DNA of 64,000 bases from Lingula anatina (lineage: Eukaryota > Animalia > Brachiopoda): contig CM120641.1 of assembly GCA_051362555.1 (NCBI GenBank), positions 18,104,001 through 18,168,000 on the forward strand, given 5' to 3'. Positions within the stretch are counted from its first letter, which is position 1. Each line of letters begins with the position of its first letter. Positions 1 to 25,709 of this stretch are shown here, in pieces. Under the pieces are notes generated by a model, which was not told the origin of the DNA, ran no database searches, and saw only the letters and a list, made by a program, of their open reading frames with translations. A program made the translations under genes and the position numbers.

Positions 1-2301
1 ATGTTTTTATAGTATGTTGATTAGGCAACTCAGCAAGTTGAATTATGTATCCACACTTAATGTAGCCAGATTAATAATCCTTGTTGGTATTGTACAAGCA
101 CAAGGGACAAGTTGTGTTAATGAGAGTACAGAGTTCTGTTGTATTGTGTTTAAGTCCTCCTGTATGACCAGTAATCTACAGTCAATTACTTGGCATATAC
201 ATGATATGATAAGAGGTCTACTCATAAGGTATGAGTGATAATTTATCACCTAGACCATACAACATCACATTTTCCTGTGCTGCCTAATTTGATATCTATT
301 CTGAGGCTTTTTCCTACTTTTTCTCTATATCTAAACAGTCACATAAAAACCATGAGGTAAAATGAATAAAAAAAAAAACTGCACATATTACCCTGACATT
401 TTAAAGAGGAGATACAGTCTCTACTCTAGAAAACAAACACCTGGCCTTTAAGATGTAAAACCCATAACATTTTCTTAAGGGGTTATATCATCTCAAGTTT
501 TCATCAGGACAACTCAGTCTTGTATGCAGCAACTTCTACGAAATGTCAAAGTTACACAAAAAAATAAACGTTATTTGAGATCACTCATCATCTTCATGTT
601 CAGCCTCAACCATGATGAAAAATGAATGAAGCAGTTGTAGTTTTATGCTTTTTCTAGGGAAACATATAGTCCACTTTTAACCAGAAGAGACTATGCACAC
701 TGGACTAAAAAACTGATTGACTGATTTAGACCATGAAGACTATACAAGGGAGCACTCAGGCACATCATACTAGTTGGGTCGGCTCTACTCTGGGGGGGGG
801 GGGGGGGGGGCTCGCTTAGTGCAATCAGCTTAACTGAATGACATACCTACTCAAGCAGCAAGCTAAACATTAATTACCCTCTAGCTGCTCCAGGAGGCAT
901 GTGAGACAAGGTGATTCCACTGATTGCATTTAGCCAGAATCCCCCACAGAGTTGGACCAACTGAACTAGTACAATGAGTTCATCTGATTGGGGTATTAGA
1001 GACATTCTTAACTGCTGGTTTAACACCATGGTCAAGCAATTTTAAGTGATTGCAATTAATTATTATAATCAGGTAAGGGAATAATCCTCCAAATCCAGCT
1101 AATAAGTAAGACAACAGTCAAAAGAAAACAAACCTAGTGAAGCATTGGAGTTGTTCTGAATTGCACATAATAACAGATCTATATATCAATCTATTAAGTG
1201 TGTGAAAAGAATCTTTAAGGTTAATGGTGTCTTCCCAGGGTTTATCCAAGTTAAGTATCTGGTTGCATAAGCCAGATTCTTTACCTGTCTGTCTGAGAAC
1301 ACACTGTCTCTTCTTACTCATGTGTGCTGTTGAGATAAACTGTTTTCTTTGTAATGCTCTGTTTGAGGCCAAATTTGATATCATCGGCAAAAAATACTTC
1401 AGCAACTTCTTTCCCAGTAAAGAATAAGATAAAAAAACTAGTATCAAAATAGCATGCATCAATTGAATCAATGAGTGTAACTAATTTGGCTGGGTAACTG
1501 AAGCTGACATCAAACTGCAAAAATGTTGGCCCCATATCATCTTTGTAAAATATGTCATCTAAATGGAAAGCAAATATGCTGGTGGTGTTTTCACCCTTGC
1601 CATGTCTTCAACCATGTTGTCAAACAAAGTCTGTGATGTCATATTTGACCTAATACTGTAACATTAATTGCTTGTGACATATATTTCATACTGAGCCTGT
1701 CAAATTATTACAATGCTTGATTGTTTTTTCTAAGTTTGATCTCAGCCACATTAACAGAGCATGCCTCCCTTCTCCAATTATACACTGCTACTACCAAAAT
1801 TAATAGATATCACAAAGGACTTAAGTCTTCATTTTTCACATATTTTATAGCACATTTTCAAATTTCTATTCTGAAATCCCCTTTAGTCAATAGAAATCAT
1901 TGAGTCTAAAGGCTGTCAGCACTGTGTATCCTCACACAAGACTAGAAAATGTTTGAGAATTCCTGTGGGGTGGGTTTAACTTTTAAGTGATAAGGGTAAA
2001 ACACTGTGCACTGAGAATGTTGTCTTATAGTGAATACAATTGTGACATGCATGGTGAATTCAAAAAATACTACACTGCAGATCTGATGACTCGTGCTTCA
2101 TTGGTTTCTATCTGGTGCATGAACAGAATCATTAAACCTACTGTTTACATAGCAGTGCAGTAGAGTACTTATAAATGTGGCCGTACCCTAATTAATATGA
2201 ATATTGCAAACCATTGCTCCAAAGGCCTACAGGAAGTCTTCAAGAGGCTGGTCAATAATACAGTACTGGGTTCAAAGATTTCACTAGCCCTCCAGTCACA
2301 G

Positions 2302-2308
<7 letters not shown>

Positions 2309-2362
<54 letters not shown>
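2309..2362. repeat. (CA)n microsatellite
   Basis: Pure CA run. Confidence 0.97.
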
Positions 2363-2364
<2 letters not shown>

Positions 2365-3490
2365 AAAATAAGTATATCCACTCAAAATCTGCTAGCCATT
2401 TTTGTCCATGACACATATCCAGGTGATTTACAAGCATTCGTGAAATGAGATTGATTTTTTGTCTCAAAATGTGCTGTACAGTGTTTGAGTGGGTATTAAC
2501 CTATTTAAGGGACACATTTCGACAATAGATACCAAGAAAAACAAGAACATTTGAGCCAACCAGATACTGTGAAACCACTAAATAAATATAACCAGAAATA
2601 TTCCACTAAATAAATATTACTAGAGATATTCCATGAACTGATCCATGCAAATCACAAGGGGAAAAGAATAGAACAGAATTTCTACCTAGATAGATAAAAA
2701 AAAGACCCTTTCAGACCCAAACAGTCTGCTTAAAACTTGCTTCTTTTTCCTATGAATTTTCACCAAACAGATACTCAATAACAGCTGTTTTTGGGTCCTC
2801 TAAGAGAAAGGTCAAAATTGCTTTGCTTAATATTTTTACAAATTACAGTAATACCTGAAATGACCAATGACTTGTGAATTAACTCAAGAAGCTCAAGCCT
2901 GTATGGGACAATCAAGAGTGTGTATATGCATGCACGTGCATGCTTGCCTGAGTGTGTGCATGTGTGTGTATAAAATTTTTTTTTAAACAAACAAAAAATG
3001 ATAAAAAAGACATGGGGTGGGAGGATGCAGTATATAATACATGATAATAATCATGTGGCCTTCTTTCTATCATTACTAAATTACAGCACTGACTGTCAAT
3101 CTCTTGAGAGGCAGCTTTTTCATGCAACATTCCCAGCAGTCGTATAGCAAAAACACTAATCTCATGTACAACGTTGATCATAACTCCATAAACTTGGCTC
3201 TTTTCCCTGGAGAGGACAAGTTAGAGTCCTTTTGCACAGGAATCACAACCACAGAAGGCTGACTCATGATGGAATTGAACCTTAACTTGGTCCAGATTAT
3301 TGTGGATATTGTAAAGCAATTTAAGGAGAAGGTAAATAATTAACAGCTATTCCCAGGATTTTAGTGGTTGTAACTGCTGTTTTTTGCAAAAGCCAAGACA
3401 GGAACTCTTTCAACTGAGCTGCACTGTTGGTAAATACTAAACATGACATTATGTGGAATGTTCCAAAATTGTTTTAACAAATTTGTCTAT

Positions 3491-4035
3491 GAGCGCATTC
3501 TCAACGAATTAAGCCAGGCTTTACAAAGCCGGTGACCTAAAAATGGCGGACGTACATGAAAGAAAAACCGCCTAATCTTTTAATAGTCTCTCCGCCTCTC
3601 ACACGCCTCCCCACACGTCGTCCCTGCGGGGTACAGTAATTAAATCTCGGCTCCGAACATTAATATTTCCGTGAATATCTCTGGTGATATTATCTCCGTA
3701 GATAGTCGATTCATTGCTGCTCTACGGGCCAAATTATTCCTTTTTCGTCTCTGTTTTCAAAGATAATAGAACAGAAGAGCTTTTTTCCTTCGATCGCCTT
3801 CAGCCGCCATGCTTTCTTCACCACGAGTTTAACTGATGAGCATGTCACTTAATATTTTTCAGGTAGCTTCCGCATGGCGAACGGAGACGCGATTTAATTA
3901 CTGTACCCCGCAGGGACGACGTGTGGGGAGGCGGAGAGACTATTAAAAGATTAGGCGGTTTTTCTTTCATGTACGTCCGCCATTTTTAGGTCTCCGGCTT
4001 TGTAAAGCCTGGCTTAATTCATTGAGAATGCGCTC
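3491..4035. mobile_element. MITE / non-autonomous DNA transposon with ~155-165 bp terminal inverted repeats (PIF/Harbinger-like)
   Basis: 3491..~3655 is the near-perfect reverse complement of ~3882..4035 (GAGCGCATTCTCAA...TTGAGAATGCGCTC). Flanked by a 3-bp direct repeat TAT (3488-3490, 4036-4038). No coding capacity. Confidence 0.88.
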
Positions 4036-4246
4036 TATGATCAGTAGGCTCTTTCTTCTGGACATGCAATCCTGAACCTGTTCTCATTTTTTACACCTGC
4101 AAACACACTTTCCATCACTTTATATACACTTCCATGAATCAGTTTCATCTCATGAGGATACTAGTATATATCTTTTTCCCTTCCCCTGCACCTGGAGACC
4201 ATAGAAACCAAAGGAGGGGGGGAGATCACATTAAAAAATTACTTAC

Positions 4247-17958
<13,712 letters not shown>

Positions 17959-18031
17959 CTCGAAATATCCTTTCTTAATTCCTAAGTTATAGAATTTTAT
18001 CCGAATTTGACAAGTTGATGCGCTCAGGCTT

Positions 18032-18043
18032 GGCGGCCATTTT
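18032..18043 (-). promoter_or_regulatory. YY1-type motif AAAATGGCCGCC in the Trio 5' region
   Basis: YY1 consensus-like core in a CpG-enriched segment ~80 bp upstream of the Trio ATG. Confidence 0.55.
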
Positions 18044-18976
18044 AATCAACTCGGGTACATCCGTTCAGATTCGTCTGTTTCCGATTGTCTTGTGCCTGTG
18101 TGAGTGTCAGTGGAAATCAAGCTGCAGCTGCGTTGCGGGAGATGTTCCAAGGTCTGAGAAGGCAGTGAATGTGAAAATCTTTTTAGGTGCACTTGGAAAA
18201 GTCACACAATTCTAATGGTGTAAAGTCGAATTTGGAAGTCTGGGGGCTAAACGTCTGACAATATAAATTTTTTATAAGCATTCCAACGCCTTCCGACGGT
18301 GTTTTCTGATGATTTATTAATCGTCTTTTACTTAGGCCTATCAAGTGAGTGCCGCTTTCAGTTTTATTTAATCAGCTGATGGGAAGAGTAATCACGATAT
18401 AGATGTTGCTCATAAGTAGCCATCCCATATCCCTGCGTTTCGTAGTAGGCTACTGTCAAGAGTGGGCTAACTCAACCTCAGGGACCCCGCCCCCATCTAT
18501 GCCACTGCCTTGATCTTGATTATTGATAATAGTAACAACATTTAAAATATCTGACTTGGTACATGACTGTATATAAGTATCGATCTAAATAATTCTTAAG
18601 CCGTAGGCCTATGTGAAAAAAATAGAATCACAAACCCCCAGGGTCTAGCCCACCCCAAGGGATCCTAGGGTGTTATCACTAGTGTTGATGCTTCACTTAA
18701 AAAACATACGTGGTGATTATTGTTACATGTAAGATTGACCAATGATAAATTCACGAAAAATAATGAAACTTCATGGAAAAGAATCAAATCACCAACCACC
18801 CCAGGGAACACAGCCCCATGGATACTTATGCTTACTTGGACTCATGGACGGACGCACAGACAGCAGGGCGCGATGACTTTTGTTACAAAGTACGGGGATG
18901 AAATAAACAATTGCTTTAAATTAATAAAGTTAAATATTGCCAGACTTTCCCCAAATATATCTTTCCCAGTTGTATA

Positions 18977-19382
18977 TGTTGCAGGCCAGATTGAAATCCA
19001 GGCTGGTGTAAAATCGACCAAAGTCAAATTTTATTTTCAAATGCTATGTTTGTTTTCGCAAATTCTTCCTGAAATGTAATAACTAGGTTATATAGGATAC
19101 ACGCCATCTTTTGTACTCATGGCCACCATAATGAAGTGGGCACCTGAAAGACAACATCATAAGAAGTGAATGGAAAAAAGCAGGACTCTCGCCTGGGTAT
19201 GAGGTTAAAAACATATATATGTCATAAACAATTAAATAGTCAGGATTACATTTGTCACCTGATTTAAATCTTCCTAAGTCAAATTGGAATTTTGATCCTG
19301 AATAAGCCCAATTAAAATCTGAAAATAAAATTTGACTATGGTCGATTTTACACCAGCCTGGATTTCAATCTGGCCTGCAACA
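18977..19382. mobile_element. ~406-bp MITE with ~65-bp TIRs and TA flanks (Tc1/mariner-like)
   Basis: TGTTGCAGGCCAGATTGAAATCCAGGCTGGTGTAAAATCGACCAAAGTCAAATTTTATTTTCA at the left end recurs inverted at ~19320..19382. TA on both sides. Confidence 0.85.
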
Positions 19383-20146
19383 TATGTATACATAGGAATG
19401 GTCACAATCACACGATTCAGGATGAGACGGCCTTGGCGAGGGCACCTCTTCTTCTCCAGCACATTCTCGGACTTGATTTTGAACTTCTCAGCAAGATAAT
19501 GCATTAAATGCGATAGAGAAGAAAAAGGCGTCGTTCTCTCATTGTCTCCTTTATGTTCTAGTTGATACAATATCAGTAACATCACAATTATTTTTCAATT
19601 CAAACACTCAGATAAATGGGGAAAAGAACTTTAGTTTCTTTACACTCTGGAAAATGATAGCGAAAAAAGGAAAGGTTATTTCGAAAAATGCACATTCCAT
19701 CACATCCCCAAGCTTACATAGCCTAGTTAAGAAAGGTAGAATAGAATGGTCTCTTTATCTTACTTGCATTAATGAATCATGCTTAAGGCTCTATTTAATC
19801 TTTAACATGAACAGAAAAACAAAAAGGTGGAATACCACTTGTAAGAAAATGTGAGCGAATGAAATAAGCAAATGTTAAGAAAAACCTGAAAAATGTCATA
19901 CAAGTTTTATATGAGTTAAAGCATGGTGCGCAAAAGGTGTTGTGAGGTAACATCGTTTAATTTTATAAACACACTCTTCAAATTAACCTAACTCGAAATG
20001 TAGAATAGTTTTGCATTAGAAAGGGCCTACATGGAAGCACCGTCCTCAAAGATGGCTGCTTTTGTAGGCCTACATCGCTTCGAATGTTGTCAACAGCCGT
20101 TAAACTGTTTTCGTTACATTTAAGAAAATTAAGAAACTGAGAAGTT

Positions 20147-23025
20147 TTAAATGTATTTCGATGAAAACACCATGGTCAATATCCCGGTGCACAATCCCAG
20201 AATCGTTGAAAATTTCTTTTCGGGGCCGCTGCTGGAATGACATTTTTGCTTTATTTCAGCGAGCGCCATCTTGTTACAGTATTTCCCAATACAGCAACAT
20301 TCGCAGGACTCTTTGTTATTTATACATCCGAGGCTTTTCTCGCTACACAAACCCTTGCTTGTAGTGTTGAATTTTGTGTCGCATCCTCTGCTTAGATGTA
20401 TACCTTTATATTGAATCTATATAAAAAAGAAAAGAAATCGGTGACGTTCGTATGAAATAGTTTTTTATCTTTTATACGAGTAAAAGAGGTTTATTCAAAT
20501 TATAGCAAGCAAAATTTTGAAATTGCACAAATATCGGTACCAATAATCTTTCATCCCCGCAATTTAAAGTTACTGATGAAAAAAAGTTGGCACAATATAA
20601 TGAAAAATTGACAACCAATGGAAATGAAAAGTTAAAAGAAAAGTTTCATACCCAACAAATATTTTGTCCGGCCTTTGACAATGTCGTACACTGAGCATTG
20701 ACACCGCTGTTTTGTTCCGCTTCGCAGGTCTGATCTTTATTACACTCAAAGCATCCTGCCCTGTCACTCGTATCTATAATATAGAGCTATATGTACAAAC
20801 AAAATTAATCGTTTAGATAAAGTTTGATCCGACCTGTCATGGACAGACGTGCCATTACTTCATCAATACGTAATAAACGATGTTCAATAAGTGGAATAAA
20901 CATTATCGGGATCGGACAGTATTGGAAAATTTCATCCGTTATACAAGCTGTTCTACGCTGTTCTAGCTCCAATTTAAAGCAAACAGGTCATTGCTGTGAC
21001 TTAAAGTTGACAGCAATCAAAGTTACTCTGACCACAAATCTAGTTTATCGTTATGAAGATAGCGTTACCATGCAAACAATGAAGCATCAAATAGAAAAAA
21101 AATAGCTTCAGCAATCTACCTGTAGTAAATGCAGCGGGAGGCTGTTTACTATTGGTGCTAGAGACGTCTGGAAAATGAGTACTCGTGGACGTGACACCAC
21201 TGGAAGGGACGTTTGTTGTCGGGCCATCTGTTATCAAAGCACCTAAATGGAGATCATGGGTAAAAAAAGAACTATTGGAAAAAGCAGATGCATGGCACCA
21301 GAAGCGAGGAGTTATCTTATATTATACATTATAGCCAGGGAGACGACAGTCTTATTCCGATATGGAGAAGGGATTACGATCAGCTATCTGTCGTCGTTCT
21401 TGCAGCAACCCACGGAGAAATATGATAAATGTGACGTTCGTTATTTTTCGAAATAATAATCCAAAAGCTAAAATACGCGTACGAAAGTTAAAATCGTTCA
21501 ATGTCTTAAATGATATTCATATATCTCTATCTCGTGTAGTATCACAATGAATTATTGACGAAATAAATTGACAAACGCAATATATAGGATATTTGGTCAA
21601 TTATATTAAGACCGCTTTTATTTATATCAAACTCAAATGAGATTTGTTACGATTTTTACTCTTATACATTGGCCGAGATTACACTGCATTGGAAATCCCA
21701 TGTGTAATTTAAGCTGTTCTAAGCCGTACTGCCTAAAATTTAAAGCGAACTTGTCACTGCTGTGACCTAAAGTTTACAGTAATCAAAATTACTTTGAACA
21801 CAAATCTAGTTTATCGTTATGAAAATAGCGTTACTATGCAAATAATAAAGCAACAAATAGAAAAAAATAGCTTCAGCAATCTACCTGTAGTAAATGCAGC
21901 GGGAGGCTGTTTACTAGAGATGTCTGGAAAATGAGTACTCGTAGACGTGGCACGATTGGAAGGGACATTTGTTATCAAAGCACCTAAATGGAGATCATGG
22001 GTAAAAAAAGAACTATTGGACAAAGCAGGTGCATGGCACCAGAAGCGAGGAGTTATCCTATATTATACATTATAGCCAGGGAGACGACAGTCTTATTCTG
22101 ATATGGAGAAGGGATTACGGTCAGCTATCTGACGCCGATCTAGCAAAAACCGCACGGAGAAATATGATAAATGTGACGTTTATTAATTTCGAAATAGTAA
22201 TATTTATCCAAAAGTTAAAATCCGAAAGTTAAAATCGTACAAAAATGTCTAAAATGATATTCATATTTTCTCAATCTCGTGTAGTATCACAATGAATTAT
22301 TGACGAAATAAATTGACAAACGCAATATATAGGATATTTGGTCAATTATATTAAGGCCGCTTTTATTTATATCAAACTCAAATGAGATTTGTTACGAATT
22401 TTATTCTTATACATTGGCCGAGATTACACTACATTGGAAATTCCATGTGTTATTTAAGCTGTTCTAAGCCGTACTGCCTAAAATTTAAAACGAACTTGTC
22501 ACTGCTGTGACCAAGAGTTTAAAGTAATCAAAGCTAGTTTGAACATAAATCTAGTTTATCGCTATGAAGATAGCGTTACTATGCAAACAAGTAAGCATTC
22601 TAAAAAAGAAAAAGCTCAAGCAATCTACCTGTAGTAAATGAAGCGGAGGTCCGTTTACTATTGGTGCTAGTGAAGTCAGGAAATTGAGCACTCGTGGAAG
22701 AAGCACCATTGGAGGGGCGATAAGTTGAGGGGGCAGAGGAGGGGCCGATGGAAGGGGGGGTTGTTGTTGTCGGGGCATCTGTTGTCAAAGCACCTAAAAT
22801 GGAGATCATATATAAAAAAGGCACTATTAGACAAATTATAGCAAGCATGTATGGCACCACAAAAGAGCAGTTATCTCACATTATACAGGATCACATGTAC
22901 AGTCAGGGAGACGACAGGCTTATACCGACATGGGGAAGGGATTACGGTTAGCTATCTGAGACTGATCAAGCAAAATTCCAAAGGAGAAATAGGATAGATT
23001 AAAAAGTGACGTTCATTTTTATTTT

Positions 23026-23063
<38 letters not shown>

Positions 23064-24197
23064 TCATTAAAATGGCAATCCAAAAATTACAAAATGTAAA
23101 GATGATATTTGTACACGTAGGCTACTTGAATTGAAATGGTTACTAGAGTTAGGTGCTGTTTCCTCTTAAAGGCCGTAAACTTCGTTTAAGCAATAAATGC
23201 GTCAACTTACCATACTCCTGAATTTTGATATAAAACCTCTCGTAAAGTATTCCCTTTTTTACTTTTAAGTATCGAGATTACCAACCTGTAGGGCATCATC
23301 ATAACTAAAACCAGGATGAATAATCTGAATCTGAAGAACTGTTTTTGGACAGACTCAATACATTCAGACTGTTCTGAAATCAGCTCTGCAGGGTTCCCAA
23401 ACATGCATAACTTAAGAAGACCAATCCTGTAGTAATCATGGATTGGTAAATGCTTATTAAACTTGTATGTCAAGCTTCGTTCGCTTAGGTTGTCTAAGAT
23501 AAAAAAAAATCAATATTCCTTAACATACATGGAATGCACGTGCTTACTAAAAGTCTACACCTTCCATATATCTCGAACCCTTCATACGTGTAGAGAGGGT
23601 CCAGAGTATATCATGGTACAGCAGCTTAAATTTATCTTATCCTACAGAAGATAAATGTACGGAGCGAAGATCGTGTGATCACTTAAATACGCGTATCTGC
23701 CTCCCTCTAAGAGTAAACGATGTTTTGGCATTCAGGATCTTTGCAATCTGCCCATGAAGTCTACATATAGTCTAACAAAAAGTTTAAATAATAAAGGCGT
23801 ATATTGCATAGATTTTTAACTATGCACATAAAAACACGTTACTCGTTTGGAAAGTATTTTAGAAAACTAAAATATGAAGCATAAAATGAGCAACACGAAT
23901 TAAGCACAAAGCCATAGATTGCCTAAAATTTAAACTATGCGAATAGATAAACATGCAACTAGATCGGACGTATTTTAAAAAAATGAAACATGAAATATTA
24001 GATATCAATTTCAATTTTGTCTTAAAAGAGCAAAGCCATATACAATATTGCCTAAGATTAAAACTAAGCATAAAATAAACATGTCACTTTTTTGTGTGTA
24101 TTTTATGAAATATTAAATAAGCAACATGAAACAGGGATATCACGACAGGGGGTCGATTTTATAAAACAAAACACTCTTTTTCTCAAGTAAGACTATG

Positions 24198-24231
<34 letters not shown>

Positions 24232-25709
24232 TGTGTTTTGTGTGTTGATTTCTGTATATTGTAATTATTGTTTTTTTTTAATAATAATCAAAATACCAAA
24301 AAGACAAAGATAGATCTGTCTTTAAATGTAAATCAACTAGAATTTATCTTATTTAAATAATCGATATTATTTGCTCTTCATTTTTCACCTGCGAAACAAG
24401 AACTTACGATCTATACAACATAATTAAATAAAACGCATTGTCTATTGTCTCAGCATATTATAAAATAAAAAATTACCTGTGGTCAGCATATTCGCTGTGT
24501 ACGTCAAGCTAAAACCGTTTGCTGTTGCAGAGTTATCACTCACAAATCGAAGGAAGAGAGAATCATCCTCAACCGTGAAATCCTCCCTTGTAATGTTGGA
24601 CTTACACACCCTTTTGAGTTCAGTTCCATTACTTAAAGTTATAGCGAGATAGTCATAGTCGCAAGCATCGCTTTCAAATTCAACTATAGAACCCCACACG
24701 ATTGAAATACTTGAAGCACCTAAAATAAGCATTGGGTTTAACATTAATAATTTTATAAAAACCATACAACAAAATTGATAATATACTAACACGAAGGGCA
24801 AATATAAATTAAGTCCCTAAAGTCCTATAAAAGAATAAATATGTGAAAACAGCCATTGATGAGAAAAAGCGTGGAGTTACCTGGGACAGTGATATTGTAG
24901 AAGCAGGTGATGTCCGTGGGGTATTGGCCGGGGTAGTTAGGAGACTGGACGGTGCCAGATACACTGGTAAATGAGATGGGACCACACGCTGAAAATGTAT
25001 ATCCTTAATAATAAGGAAATTTATCTTCGCAATTATATACGTGTGTGTGTGTTTTGTTTCTGATATGTACAAAGATCGGTGACTTGTAGGCCCATGAGGC
25101 CGGGTGATTTGTATATCTATATCACATGTCACATTAATAAATAAATACTACAGTACTACATATAATTGATATTAAGTCTAAACTGATTTTAACACAGACT
25201 GATATTAGACATGATCTCTGTGATACGTGTAGGTGAAGTGAATAAATAACGATTAAAAATATTATGGCCGGTATATTTCAGACGGCCTAGAGAATATACA
25301 AGTAACGGTATCTAATATTTGAATTGCAATGAGCATTTAATCCTTCCCTCTTCCTCATTCAAAAATGTGGATTCTGAAACTTGATGGTCCAGTTTTCGAG
25401 ATAACTTTAGATTTCGTTTTTCACTGATGAAAATAGTGATTTTATCAGTTTTTAGAATACCCTTTTTCCCGTAGCGTGTACCCCAATTAATCAAGTTATA
25501 ACGGAATCGTATTTTGAGATAAATTTACGTGAATATCGACTTTCTTATGACAGCAACGTTCTTTTTTATTTTAAACTTCCGCCTACCATTTTTGTTCAGA
25601 CATACAAAATCACTGGATATATCAACTTACCAGTAATGTTTGTGCTTTGCGAAGACACAAACGGTAAGAAAAAAGTCCCCAAAAGAAGACAGTAGATTCC
25701 AGGTAGCAT
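20147..25709 (-). CDS. Secreted/GPI-anchored CUB + Ser/Thr/Pro stalk + Ly6/uPAR-like (three-finger) domain protein, ~402 aa
   Basis: Exons: 25631..25709 (signal peptide MLPGIYCLLLGTFFLPFVSS); 24881..24988 and 24477..24719 (CUB: CGPISFTSVSGTVQSPNYPGQYPTDITCFYNI...CDYDYL...LFLRFVSDNSATANGFSLTY); 22629..22793, 21885..21983 and 21120..21242 (mucin-like); 20652..20773 and 20147..20416 (CFEC...C...C...CW...RGC...CCCIGKYCN, then a hydrophobic tail). All junctions are GT-AG and phase-compatible. Confidence 0.8.
20920..23010. repeat. Tandem triplication of a ~750-bp exon+intron unit
   Basis: Three copies with periods of ~767 and ~745 bp. Intronic parts such as 21530-21690 vs 22277-22436 are nearly identical. 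Each copy carries one S/T/P-rich exon. Confidence 0.92.
23028..23063. repeat. (AAT)n microsatellite
   Basis: Directly visible. Confidence 0.9.
23207..23430 (-). mobile_element. Possible degraded LINE 3' fragment
   Basis: Peptide IESVQKQFFRF resembles the (L/I)ESVQ(R/K)xF motif found downstream of the RT domain in CR1/jockey-type LINEs. Otherwise degenerate. Confidence 0.3.

Noticed and set aside
1118-1600. Overlapping minus-strand ORFs (117 and 73 aa) with a possible donor ACAG|GTAAAG near 1283, considered as an alternative Trio exon
   Set aside because: No similarity to the expected next Trio Sec14 exon (GFTVIVDMR), no clear acceptor and no recognisable domain.
2169-2467. ORFs with CVCVCV/HTHTHT runs (also 7636..7923 and 8243..8504)
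   Set aside because: Translations of microsatellites.
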